From NCBI GenBank assembly GCA_045647065.1, contig JAZRLY010000029.1, positions 2,548-66,547 on the forward strand: a DNA stretch of 64,000 bases, given 5' to 3'. Each line of letters begins with the position of its first letter. The first letter of the stretch is position 1. The stretch is from Acutalibacteraceae bacterium. Its GTDB lineage: Bacteria > Bacillota > Clostridia > Oscillospirales > Acutalibacteraceae. The position numbers and the translations under genes were made by a program. Positions 40,147-49,161 of the stretch are shown in pieces. Below the pieces are notes generated by a model. That model was not told the origin of the DNA and did not search any database. It was given only the letters and a program-made list of their open reading frames with translations.

Positions 40147-40839
40147 ATGAACATATCGGCATTTATTGTTGACATTGCATTTGTTGCGTTGCTTGTAATC
40201 AGTGTTATCGACGGACGCAGAAAGGGATTTGTAAAAATCATTCTTTCTTTTGCAGGAATGCTTGTCACATGGTTTGTTGCAAGCGGGTTTTCACTCCCCG
40301 TTGCAGAATGGGCAAACGAAGCATTCGTCGGTGACTGGATCACAAAAGCACTTGAAGGTGCAATTGCGGACTCGATTTCAAACGGTTCGGAATCGATCCT
40401 TGCATCAATTCCCGAATACATAGCCAATGCGGCGAAGGTTGCGGGAGTTTCGTTCGAAGAGCTTGCTTCTCAGCTTGGCAATACGGTTGATCCGGTTGTT
40501 GCGTCAGAAAAAATCTACGGTGCAATTGAGAACAACCTGGTAATTTCCGTGTTAAGAATTGTTTCCTTCTTTGCTCTTTATCTGGTTATGAATTCGGTTG
40601 TGTCAATCGTAATCGGAATTATCGGCAAAGTATTCAAACTGCCTGTTCTCAAAGGTATCAACAAACTTCTCGGTTCGGTTGTCGGTGCTTTAAAGGGAAT
40701 ACTTATTGCTGTGGTTATCAGCATTGTTCTTGGTCTTGTTGCGATGGTTGTTCCCGAAACTGAATTTGTGCAGGCGCTTGACGGATCTGTTATTTACGGA
40801 TTTCTTTCCGAAGCGGTTCATTCCGTATTCGTCGGTTAA
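40147..40839 (+). CDS. CvpA family membrane protein
   Basis: GRRKGF and LKGINKLLGSVVGALKG motifs. Confidence 0.8.
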   Translation: MNISAFIVDIAFVALLVISVIDGRRKGFVKIILSFAGMLVTWFVASGFSLPVAEWANEAFVGDWITKALEGAIADSISNGSESILASIPEYIANAAKVAGVSFEELASQLGNTVDPVVASEKIYGAIENNLVISVLRIVSFFALYLVMNSVVSIVIGIIGKVFKLPVLKGINKLLGSVVGALKGILIAVVISIVLGLVAMVVPETEFVQALDGSVIYGFLSEAVHSVFVG

Positions 40840-40868
40840 AAAATAATCTACATATATTGGAGGATATT

Positions 40869-41492
40869 ATGAAAGCTATTTTAAAAGAATATTTCACAGG
40901 ATGCCTTACCATTCCCAATCTTCTCTCGGTTATCAGAATCGCTCTTATTCCCGTTTTTGCAGTTCTTTTCAATAACGGCGACTACGGCTGGGCAGTTCTT
41001 GTACTTGCTCTTTCGGGTTCAACAGACTTTTTTGACGGCAAAATCGCAAGAAAGTTCAATCAGATAAGTGCACTCGGCAAACTTCTTGACCCCATTGCAG
41101 ATAAGCTTACTCAGATTACCATTGCAATTGTTTTCTATATGACTTTCAGCAACAGCAGCGATGAAACCGTAAAGGCTTTCAGCTGGATTTTCCTTGTGTT
41201 CCTTATCAAGGAAGCAGTTATGGTTGTGGGTGGCGCAATTATGATTATGTTCGGTCTCAAACCCGTAGCTGCAGAGATGCCCGGTAAGGTTGCGACATTT
41301 GCATTCTATGTTATTATGTGTGTGATTCTTGCATTCGGACCCGATGTAGGTATTCTCGGTAATGTTTTTGTTCTCCCCGCAGTGCCTATGCTTATTCTTG
41401 TTGTTATCAGCCTTATTCTTACTCTGGTTGCATTCTTCAGCTATGTTCCCGGAGTTATCAGTCAGATCAAAGAGAAAAAAGCAAGTAAATAA
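40869..41492 (+). CDS. pgsA: CDP-alcohol phosphatidyltransferase (PgsA-like)
   Basis: TIPNLLSVIR; TDFFDGKIARKFNQISALGKLLDPIADK signature. Confidence 0.8.
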   Translation: MKAILKEYFTGCLTIPNLLSVIRIALIPVFAVLFNNGDYGWAVLVLALSGSTDFFDGKIARKFNQISALGKLLDPIADKLTQITIAIVFYMTFSNSSDETVKAFSWIFLVFLIKEAVMVVGGAIMIMFGLKPVAAEMPGKVATFAFYVIMCVILAFGPDVGILGNVFVLPAVPMLILVVISLILTLVAFFSYVPGVISQIKEKKASK

Positions 41493-41513
41493 ATTTCAGA
41501 AGGATATCAATAA

Positions 41514-43802
41514 ATGAAACAGGTTTTATGTGCAAAATGCAAAAAGCGTCCTGCAATGTTTTTCATCACAAAGGTTGAGGGCGATAACACAACGCAGGAA
41601 GGTCTTTGCATCAAATGTGCTATGGAAATGAATATCGGACCCGTCAAGCAGATAATGCAGAGCATGGGTATTTCCGAGGATGAGCTTGAAGAAGTAGGCG
41701 AGCAGTTTGAAGCAATGTTCGGCGAAGACGGCGGATTTGAACCCGGCGGTGCAGGAACCTTGCCGTTTCTTCAGAATCTCGGTGCGATGAATAACTCCGC
41801 TGAAAAAGAGGAGCGCACATCCTCTGACAATTCGGCAGAAAGCGAAGAAAAGAAGAAAAAATGGGGCAACAGAAAGCCTAAGGATGAAAAGAAGCGCAAG
41901 TATCTCAGCCAGTTCTGTACCGATCTCACCGCAAAGGCTCAGTCGGGCAATGTTGACAGAATTATCGGCAGAGAAAATGAGATTTACAGAGCAATTCAGA
42001 TTCTTTGCAGACGAACAAAGAACAATCCTTGCTTCATCGGTGAACCCGGCGTTGGTAAAACCGCAATCGCAGAGGGACTTGCACTCAAAATTTCAGCAGG
42101 CGATGTACCCGCAAAGCTTAAGGATAAAGAGATTCATATGCTTGACCTTGCCGCACTTGTTGCCGGCACACAGTTCAGAGGTCAGTTTGAAAGCAGAATC
42201 AAGGGTCTTGTTGAAGAAGTGAGAAGCGAGGGCAATATCATTCTCTTCATCGACGAGGTTCACTCCCTTGTCGGCACGGGTGATGCCGAAGGCTCGATGA
42301 ACGCCGCCAATATTCTCAAACCATCTCTTTCCAGAGGAGAAATTCAGATTATCGGTGCAACAACCTTCACCGAATACAGAAAATATATCGAAAAAGATGC
42401 CGCTCTCGAGCGCAGACTTCAACCTATCAGAGTTGAAGAACCTTCGATTGACCAGACTGTCGAAATGCTCAAAGGCGTTAAGGACTACTACGAGGATTTC
42501 CACAGAGTAAAGGTCACAGATACACTTATTGAGAAAGCAGTAAATCTTTCCGAAAGATATATCAACGACAGATTCCTGCCTGATAAGGCAATTGATCTTC
42601 TTGACGAGGCTTGTACCTGCGCAAATCTCCGCAATGTCAACATCAGCAATTTTGAAATTGCATCTTCAGAGCTTAATGAACTCAAAGCAAAGGAAACTGA
42701 GCTTACCGAAGCAAAAGATGTTGACTACGAAGCTATCGGCAGAATCAAATCCGAAATTATTCAGAAAGAAATTGAAGTGAAAGAGCTTGAAGTTCTTGCG
42801 GCTGATAACAATGTAACAGAAGATGATCTCGCAAGAGTTATTCAGCTCTGGACAGGTATTCCCGCAAGCAAGGTTATTGAAAGCGATATGCGCCGCCTTG
42901 CAAACCTTGAGGATAATCTCAAGGCAGGCATTATCGGTCAGGATGAAGCGGTTTCGCTTGTCAGCGCCGCTGTCAGAAGAGGCAGAGTGCAGATAAGCCC
43001 CAGACGCCGCCCCGCATCGTTTATATTTGTCGGTCCCACCGGTGTCGGTAAAACAGAGCTTGTAAAGCTTCTTGCAAAAGAGCTTTTCGAAACTCCCGAA
43101 ACTCTTATCAGACTTGATATGAGCGAGTTTATGGAGAAGCACTCCGTTTCAAGAATCATCGGTTCGCCTCCGGGATATGTAGGATATGACGAAGCGGGCC
43201 AGCTTACCGAAAAGGTGCGTCGCAAGCCCTATTCAGTGGTTCTTTTTGATGAAATCGAAAAGGCACACCCAGATGTTATGAATATTCTTCTTCAGATTCT
43301 TGATGAAGGTAGAATTACCGATGCTCAGGGAAGAAATGTAAGCTTTGAGAATACGGTTATCGTTATGACATCGAATGCAGGCAGCAACAGAGGCTCGGGT
43401 GCGCTCGGTTTTGCAAAGACCAAGAATGAAGCATCGAAAGAAAGAGCAATGAAGGCGCTCAACGAATTCCTCAGGCCCGAATTTATTGGCAGAGTGGATG
43501 AGGTAGTTGTCTTTAACGACCTCACTCAGGAGGACTATGAAAGAATTGCTGTTCTTATGCTTACTGAGCTTGTTGATCCGCTCAAGGACAAAGGCATCAG
43601 CTTCAAGTGGGATGATGCGGCAGTCAGCACAATTGCCCGTCTTTCCGTTGACGGACCGAGAGGCGCAAGAGAGCTGCGCAACACCATTCGTCGTAATGTT
43701 GAGGATGTTGTGACAGAAAAAATCGTCCACAGTGCAGACAGTCCGATTAAATCGGTCAGCCTCACCGCAGACGGAGATAATATTATCTGCAATTTTGAGT
43801 GA
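41514..43802 (+). CDS. clpC: ATP-dependent Clp protease ATPase subunit (ClpC/ClpE type with N-terminal zinc finger)
   Basis: CAKC...CIKC N-terminus, two AAA+ modules ([16 protein letters not shown]), LGF ClpP-binding loop. Confidence 0.88.
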   Translation: MKQVLCAKCKKRPAMFFITKVEGDNTTQEGLCIKCAMEMNIGPVKQIMQSMGISEDELEEVGEQFEAMFGEDGGFEPGGAGTLPFLQNLGAMNNSAEKEERTSSDNSAESEEKKKKWGNRKPKDEKKRKYLSQFCTDLTAKAQSGNVDRIIGRENEIYRAIQILCRRTKNNPCFIGEPGVGKTAIAEGLALKISAGDVPAKLKDKEIHMLDLAALVAGTQFRGQFESRIKGLVEEVRSEGNIILFIDEVHSLVGTGDAEGSMNAANILKPSLSRGEIQIIGATTFTEYRKYIEKDAALERRLQPIRVEEPSIDQTVEMLKGVKDYYEDFHRVKVTDTLIEKAVNLSERYINDRFLPDKAIDLLDEACTCANLRNVNISNFEIASSELNELKAKETELTEAKDVDYEAIGRIKSEIIQKEIEVKELEVLAADNNVTEDDLARVIQLWTGIPASKVIESDMRRLANLEDNLKAGIIGQDEAVSLVSAAVRRGRVQISPRRRPASFIFVGPTGVGKTELVKLLAKELFETPETLIRLDMSEFMEKHSVSRIIGSPPGYVGYDEAGQLTEKVRRKPYSVVLFDEIEKAHPDVMNILLQILDEGRITDAQGRNVSFENTVIVMTSNAGSNRGSGALGFAKTKNEASKERAMKALNEFLRPEFIGRVDEVVVFNDLTQEDYERIAVLMLTELVDPLKDKGISFKWDDAAVSTIARLSVDGPRGARELRNTIRRNVEDVVTEKIVHSADSPIKSVSLTADGDNIICNFE

Positions 43803-43827
43803 TAATTAACAAGGTGCTTATTTTATT

Positions 43828-43858
43828 AACGGCGGAGGATTTACCTCCGCCGTTTTTT
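43828..43858 (+). terminator. Rho-independent terminator after clpC
   Basis: AACGGCGGAGG/CCTCCGCCGTT stem followed by a T-run. Confidence 0.85.
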
Positions 43859-43872
43859 GCTTTCATTAATGG

Positions 43873-43940
43873 TTGACACGGAGAAAATTTTATGTTATCC
43901 TACTATTGTATATTTTTAAATAAACAAATTTGTTTATTTA
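43873..43940 (+). promoter_or_regulatory. SigA promoter with downstream perfect 24-bp palindrome (putative operator)
   Basis: TTGACA-17 nt-TATCCT (extended -10), then TAAATAAACAAATTTGTTTATTTA at 43917..43940. Confidence 0.6.
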
Positions 43941-44010
43941 TATAATAAATATAAACGGTATTTTTGGGGATGGTTATACCCCAAAGATTTTTCGGGAAAG
44001 GAGGAGTCCG

Positions 44011-44385
44011 ATGTTTATTCCGACGCCGTTTGGCATTATGCTGAAAGAAATGCGCGAAAATGCAAAGCTTTCGCAAGGAGAGCTTTCGGCAGAACTGGGC
44101 AAAACTGCGCAGTATATCAGTAACATTGAAAAGGGCAAGAACAATTCGCCGCCTGACGATGCAGATTTGCAGAGGCTGATAAAAAAGCTTTGCCTTGACG
44201 ATGATGATGCGCTTAAATTCAGACTCCTCGCCTATGCAGACCGAGGTATGCTGCCGCCTGAAATGTTCAGCTATGTTATGGAATCGCAAGCACTCATCCG
44301 ACTTATAAATTACGCAATGAGCAACAATATTTCTGAGAATTATTGGAGCTGTATGCTGCAAAATATTACCGATTCGAAAGATTAA
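44011..44385 (+). CDS. XRE/Cro-CI family HTH transcriptional regulator (start revised to ATG 44011)
   Basis: FGIMLKEMRENAKLSQGELSAELGKTAQYISNIEKG; AAAGGAGGAG RBS. Confidence 0.85.
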   Translation: MFIPTPFGIMLKEMRENAKLSQGELSAELGKTAQYISNIEKGKNNSPPDDADLQRLIKKLCLDDDDALKFRLLAYADRGMLPPEMFSYVMESQALIRLINYAMSNNISENYWSCMLQNITDSKD

Positions 44386-44399
44386 AAAGGAGATTTGAT

Positions 44400-45821
44400 A
44401 TGAGTAAAACCCCTGATTTTGTAAAATATGCCGCATCAATCGTTCCGACAGAGCGTCAGATAAAGTGGCAGGAAACTGAGTTTTATGCTTTTATACATTT
44501 CGGAATAAACACTTTTACCGATTCCGAGTGGGGAAACGGAAACGAAGACCCCGAGCTTTTTAATCCCGAGAAGCTTGATTGCCGTCAGTGGGTAAAAGTG
44601 TGTCAACTTGCGGGAATGAAGGGTCTTATCCTCACCGCAAAGCATCACGACGGATTCTGCCTTTGGCCCAGTGCTTATACGGACCACAGTGTTCGTTCAA
44701 GCAAATGGAAAGACGGTAAGGGCGACGTTGTTGCTGAATGTGCAAAAGCTTGCAAAGAATTCGGACTTAAATTTGGCGTTTATCTTTCTCCGTGGGACAG
44801 ACACGAGCCTTCTTACGGTTCAGGTGAAGCATATAACAAATTTTTCAGAAATCAGCTTCGCGAACTTCTGACCGCCTACGGCGACCTTTTCTGCGTGTGG
44901 TTTGACGGCGCTTGCGGAGAGGGACCCAACGGCAAAGTTCAGGAATATGATTGGGAAAGCTATTATAAACTTATCCGCGAACTTCAGCCCGAAGCAGCTA
45001 TCAGCATAAGCGGACCCGATGTGCGTTGGTGCGGTAATGAAGCGGGTGTATGCAGAAGCAGCGAGTGGAGCGTTGTACCGTATTGGCATTCAAACAGTGA
45101 GATGATTGCAGCGGCAAGTCAGCATGATGTTTCCAAACCTCCGAAAAAAATAAATCCCACCGCCCTTGATCTGGGCAGCAGGAAAGCAATCAAAAAATGC
45201 AACAAACTCATATGGTATCCCGCAGAGGTTGACGTTTCAATAAGAAAAGGATGGTTCTATCATTCCTCGGATGATTATTCGGTAAAACCGCTGTCAAAGC
45301 TTATGGAAATATACTATAACTCTGTCGGTGCAAATGCCAGCTTCCTTCTCAACATCCCGCCTACGCCCGAAGGAAAGATTCACGAAAAGGATATCGAAAC
45401 TCTCCTTTCGATGGGTGCACAGCTTGAAATAGATTTCAACGAAAACCTTGCTGATGATTCGGTTATGACCGACAGTCAGCATATTGACGAAAAGCATATA
45501 GGTCAGGCGGTTCTCAACCACGACCCCGAGGAGTATTGGCATTCGGGTGATGATCCCGACGGAGCAGAGCTGGTTCTCGACCTCGGAGATGAGTACGATA
45601 TAGACAAAATCGTTCTTGGCGAACACATCAGAACAGGCCAGCAGATCGAGAAATTTACGCTTTACGCACAAGTTAACGGCAAATGGAAAAAGCTTGCAGC
45701 CGAAACAACAATCGGCTACAAGCGTATCTGCAGATTCAAAGAAATCCGTGCCCGTTATTTCAAATTGGTTATAGAAAAAGCAAGATGCTTTGCAACGATT
45801 TCAAAGTTTGAGGCTTATTAA
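44400..45821 (+). CDS. Alpha-L-fucosidase (GH29) with C-terminal F5/8-like domain; no signal peptide seen
   Basis: FIHFG, LTAKHHDGFCLWPS, YLSPWD, VWFDG nucleophile motif, PAEVDVSIRKGWFY. Confidence 0.9.
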   Translation: MSKTPDFVKYAASIVPTERQIKWQETEFYAFIHFGINTFTDSEWGNGNEDPELFNPEKLDCRQWVKVCQLAGMKGLILTAKHHDGFCLWPSAYTDHSVRSSKWKDGKGDVVAECAKACKEFGLKFGVYLSPWDRHEPSYGSGEAYNKFFRNQLRELLTAYGDLFCVWFDGACGEGPNGKVQEYDWESYYKLIRELQPEAAISISGPDVRWCGNEAGVCRSSEWSVVPYWHSNSEMIAAASQHDVSKPPKKINPTALDLGSRKAIKKCNKLIWYPAEVDVSIRKGWFYHSSDDYSVKPLSKLMEIYYNSVGANASFLLNIPPTPEGKIHEKDIETLLSMGAQLEIDFNENLADDSVMTDSQHIDEKHIGQAVLNHDPEEYWHSGDDPDGAELVLDLGDEYDIDKIVLGEHIRTGQQIEKFTLYAQVNGKWKKLAAETTIGYKRICRFKEIRARYFKLVIEKARCFATISKFEAY

Positions 45822-46159
45822 TCCCATTCTTTCCAGATTTCGGGGCAATATCCGACGGTTGCTTTCTTACCGTTGCGGACTATCGGCGTTTTATAAAGCT
45901 CGCCGAATTCAAGAAGCTTTTCTTCGACTGCTTCCTTGCTTGCGAGATATTTGATGAAGTGTTTTTCATAAGCTTTAGAATTCTCATTTATGAGTGCTTC
46001 CATTGAGCCGACCGCCGCCTTGACGCTCTGATATTCGCCCTTGCTTAGGTTTTTCTGAGTCAGGTCAATGAACTGGAATTTGATTCCTCTTTCCTTGAAA
46101 TATCTCTGCGCTTTCTTGGTGTCAAAGCATTTATTTGTTCCGAAAATCTGAATATTCAT
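45818..46159 (-). CDS. ArsC/Spx/YffB family thioredoxin-fold protein
   Basis: IQIFGTNKCFDTKKA...KTPIVRNG...VGY. Confidence 0.85.
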   Translation of the reverse strand: MNIQIFGTNKCFDTKKAQRYFKERGIKFQFIDLTQKNLSKGEYQSVKAAVGSMEALINENSKAYEKHFIKYLASKEAVEEKLLEFGELYKTPIVRNGKKATVGYCPEIWKEWD

Positions 46160-46192
46160 ATAGTTCCTCCGAAAAGTGGTGATAATAATATT

Positions 46193-47566
46193 ATGGTAAT
46201 AAATATTCCGTCACAAGTCAATAGAGCGATTGAAATTCTCGAAAAAAACGGCCACACTGCTTATGTTGTGGGTGGTGCGGTGCGTGATGCAATAATGAAT
46301 AAAACCGCAAACGACTGGGACATAACAACAAGTGCACTTCCTGAAGAAACAATTACAGCATTTAAAAATTTCAGAGTGATTGAAACGGGATTGAAGCACG
46401 GCACGGTTACAGTAATTGTTGACGGTACACCGCTTGAAATAACAACATACCGTATTGAATACGGTTATTCCGACAACCGACATCCCGATAAGATAGATTT
46501 TACGGATCGTGTTGAGGACGACCTTTCAAGACGTGATTTTACCGTAAATGCAATTGCTTATTCACCCGAACGGGGTTTTGCAGACCCGTTCGGCGGTCAG
46601 GCAGATATAGAAAACAAACTGATACGGTGTGTGGGAGATGCCGATGTGCGTTTCAATGAGGATGCGCTGAGAATTCTCCGTGCGTTGAGATTTTCTTCTG
46701 TACTCGGATTTGAGATTGATGTGGAGACTGCCTCCGCTATAAGAAGAAATTACACGCTTCTGAAAAATATTTCGGTAGAGCGTATATTCGTTGAACTCTC
46801 AAAGCTGATTTGCGGAAATGATGCAGGCAGGATTCTTCGTGAATATGAGGATGTGTTTTTCTTCATTCTTCCCGAATTAAAGGCGATGAAAAACTGTAAA
46901 CAGAATCACGAACGGCATATTTTTGATGTATGGGGACATACAGTGAAAGCGGTTGAAAGCGTTGAACCCGTTTCTGAGCTGCGATTCACTATGCTTATGC
47001 ATGATTCGGGCAAACCGCAATGCAGGACGACCGATGAAAACGGAACAGACCATTTTTATTATCACGCAAAGGAAAGCAGAAAAATTGCGGAGAATATTCT
47101 TGTCAGGCTCAAAACCTCAGCAGCGTTCAGGAACCATGTTTGCGACCTCGTTGAATATCACGATTTTCTGCCAGATAAAATAACCAAAAAAACCTATAAA
47201 AAATACATCGGAAAACTCGGTTACGATACTGTGAAAGACCTTTTTGAAATAAGGAAAGCTGACATTTCCGCACAAAACCCGAAATTCTTCAAAGAAGAAA
47301 TCAAAAGAAATGAATTTGGCTTAAAGATTCTTGAAGAAATAGAATCTGAAGATAAATGTTTTAAAGTAACCGACCTTGCAATTGGCGGCAAAGATATTAC
47401 GGCGCTCGGCGTCAAACCGTCACCCGAAACAGGAAAAATTCTCGAAAAACTTCTTGATGAAGTTATGGACGAAGAGATTGAAAATAAACGAGAAGCTCTG
47501 ATCGAAAGAGCGATGCAGCTTATAAAGCAGCAGGAAAGGAGAGACAATGGAAACTGTAAAAATTGA
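46193..47566 (+). CDS. cca: CCA-adding tRNA nucleotidyltransferase with HD domain
   Basis: VGGAVRD, DWDITT, RRDFTVNA, EDALRILRALRF, MHDSGKP. Confidence 0.88.
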   Translation: MVINIPSQVNRAIEILEKNGHTAYVVGGAVRDAIMNKTANDWDITTSALPEETITAFKNFRVIETGLKHGTVTVIVDGTPLEITTYRIEYGYSDNRHPDKIDFTDRVEDDLSRRDFTVNAIAYSPERGFADPFGGQADIENKLIRCVGDADVRFNEDALRILRALRFSSVLGFEIDVETASAIRRNYTLLKNISVERIFVELSKLICGNDAGRILREYEDVFFFILPELKAMKNCKQNHERHIFDVWGHTVKAVESVEPVSELRFTMLMHDSGKPQCRTTDENGTDHFYYHAKESRKIAENILVRLKTSAAFRNHVCDLVEYHDFLPDKITKKTYKKYIGKLGYDTVKDLFEIRKADISAQNPKFFKEEIKRNEFGLKILEEIESEDKCFKVTDLAIGGKDITALGVKPSPETGKILEKLLDEVMDEEIENKREALIERAMQLIKQQERRDNGNCKN

Positions 47567-48596
47567 GAATGCGCAGGAATTTGACAGCTTTGTCCGTTCG
47601 CATCCGAAGGGACATATGATGCAGACCTCGGCATGGGGAAAAGTGAAAAAAGAATGGGAATGGAGAGGTTTTGTCTGCCGTGATTCGTCGGGCAATATCA
47701 AAGGTGTGTGCGGAGTCCTTCTGCGTCAGATACCGATGACTCCGTTCAAGATGATGTATGCCCCCAGAGGCCCCGTTTGTGACCTTGCCGACAAAGAAAC
47801 AGTAAAAGAAATTCTTACGGCTGTAAAGGAATACGGCATAAAAAATAAAGCATATACATTTAAAATTGACACAGATACTCTCGCATCGAATTCCGAATAC
47901 ATTTCGCTTCTCAAGGAAATCGGATTCACATTCAAAGAACACGGTGTCGGTTTTGACACCATTCAGGCGAGATATATTTTCCGTCTGGATGTCGGAGGCA
48001 AAACCGAGGAGGAGGTTATGGCGTCTTTCCATCCAAAAACACGCTATAATGCCCGTCTTGCATCGCGTAAGGGAGTCACAATTGAAATCAAGGGTGCAGA
48101 GGCTTGCGAAGAATTCCACGATCTTATGCTTGTTACGGGCGAAAGAGATAACTTTGCAACCCGTGACACATCATATTTCAAGAGAATAATGGATGCTTTT
48201 GGCGATGATGCACGAATCTATCTCGCAAAGTATGAAGGCAAAACCATTGCGGGTGCGCTCAATGTTGTATGCGGCGACAAGGAATGGTATGTTTACGGCG
48301 CAAGCTCAAATGAATACCGCAATGTTATGCCCAATTATCTCGTTCAGTGGGAAATGATAAGATGGGCAATTGAACGCGGCTGCAAGTATTACGATTTCAG
48401 AGGCGGATATCCCGATGAAAGCAACCCCCTTCACGGCATATTCAAATTCAAGAAAGGCTTCTGCAACGACTATATGGAGCTTATGGGTGAGGCGGACCTC
48501 ATTATTGATAAGCTTGGATTTGTTGCAGTCAATGCCGCGCAGAAGCTCGCAAAGTCGACCAGAGGTATAAGAGCAAAAATAATCAACAAGAAATAA
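47547..48596 (+). CDS. FemABX/MurM family peptidoglycan aminoacyltransferase
   Basis: QTSAWGKVK, YAPRGP, YVYGASS, YDFRG, KFKKGF. Confidence 0.88.
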   Translation: METVKIENAQEFDSFVRSHPKGHMMQTSAWGKVKKEWEWRGFVCRDSSGNIKGVCGVLLRQIPMTPFKMMYAPRGPVCDLADKETVKEILTAVKEYGIKNKAYTFKIDTDTLASNSEYISLLKEIGFTFKEHGVGFDTIQARYIFRLDVGGKTEEEVMASFHPKTRYNARLASRKGVTIEIKGAEACEEFHDLMLVTGERDNFATRDTSYFKRIMDAFGDDARIYLAKYEGKTIAGALNVVCGDKEWYVYGASSNEYRNVMPNYLVQWEMIRWAIERGCKYYDFRGGYPDESNPLHGIFKFKKGFCNDYMELMGEADLIIDKLGFVAVNAAQKLAKSTRGIRAKIINKK

Positions 48597-48647
48597 CAGA
48601 AAATACTTCCCGACAGAGTATTGACTTTGTCGCTCAATTCCTCCATA

Positions 48648-48692
48648 AAAATCGAGAGCAGTGCCCTTTGTGGGTGCTGCTCTCGATTTTAT
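48648..48692 (+). terminator. Long terminator hairpin after the fem gene
   Basis: AAAATCGAGAGCAGTGCCC/GGGTGCTGCTCTCGATTTT imperfect inverted repeat. Confidence 0.7.
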
Positions 48693-48759
48693 TATGCACA
48701 AAGCACAGAATTAGTTGAAACTGATTTATTGTTCAATCTGTCAAAATTAAAAAAAACAA

Positions 48760-48812
48760 TTGACAAATCAAGGAATATTAAGTAAAATATCAATGGTTAG
48801 TGAACGCTAACT
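48760..48812 (+). promoter_or_regulatory. feo promoter with GGTTAG-N6-CTAAC palindrome at the expected +1
   Basis: TTGACA-17 nt-TAAAAT, then GGTTAGTGAACGCTAACT (48795..48812). Confidence 0.65.
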
Positions 48813-48861
48813 CAAAAGAAACGTGCATGGTTTTTGCTCGTTTTTACGGAGGTTATGGGTT

Positions 48862-49083
48862 ATGAGAACCTTAAGAGATGTTAAAATAGGAAAAACCGCA
48901 AAGGTTGTCAAGCTTCACGGCGAAGGTGCTCTCAGACGCAGAATTATGGATATGGGAATCACCAAGGGCGTTGAGGTTTTTGTGCGTAAGGTTGCACCTC
49001 TTGGAGATCCTCTTGAAATTTCCGTTCGCGGCTATGAACTTTCAATCAGAAAAGGCGATGCCGAAATGATCGAGGTTGAATAA
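48862..49083 (+). CDS. feoA: Ferrous iron transport protein A (start revised to ATG 48862)
   Basis: RRRIMDMGITKG, APLGDP, RGYELSIRK. Confidence 0.93.
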   Translation: MRTLRDVKIGKTAKVVKLHGEGALRRRIMDMGITKGVEVFVRKVAPLGDPLEISVRGYELSIRKGDAEMIEVE

Positions 49084-49123
49084 ACATAAACGGGGATTCA
49101 TCCCCGATTCTTTTTAAATTGCA

Positions 49124-49141
49124 GGTTAGCTTTTGCTAACC
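49124..49141. promoter_or_regulatory. Second GGTTAG-N6-CTAACC palindrome, between feoA and feoB
   Basis: GGTTAGCTTTTGCTAACC. Confidence 0.55.
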
Positions 49142-49161
49142 GTGAGAGGCAGGGTTATTTG

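Noticed and set aside
46193-47566. Nucleotidyltransferase-HD protein as a defence or signalling enzyme
   Set aside because: Motifs match an ordinary class II CCA-adding enzyme.
48601-48692. CGACAGAGT/ACTTTGTCG hairpin and ...TTCCTCCA before a terminator, loosely like a tRNA 3' end or att-site scar
   Set aside because: No T-loop consensus, no cloverleaf, no second copy and no recombinase nearby; too weak to call.
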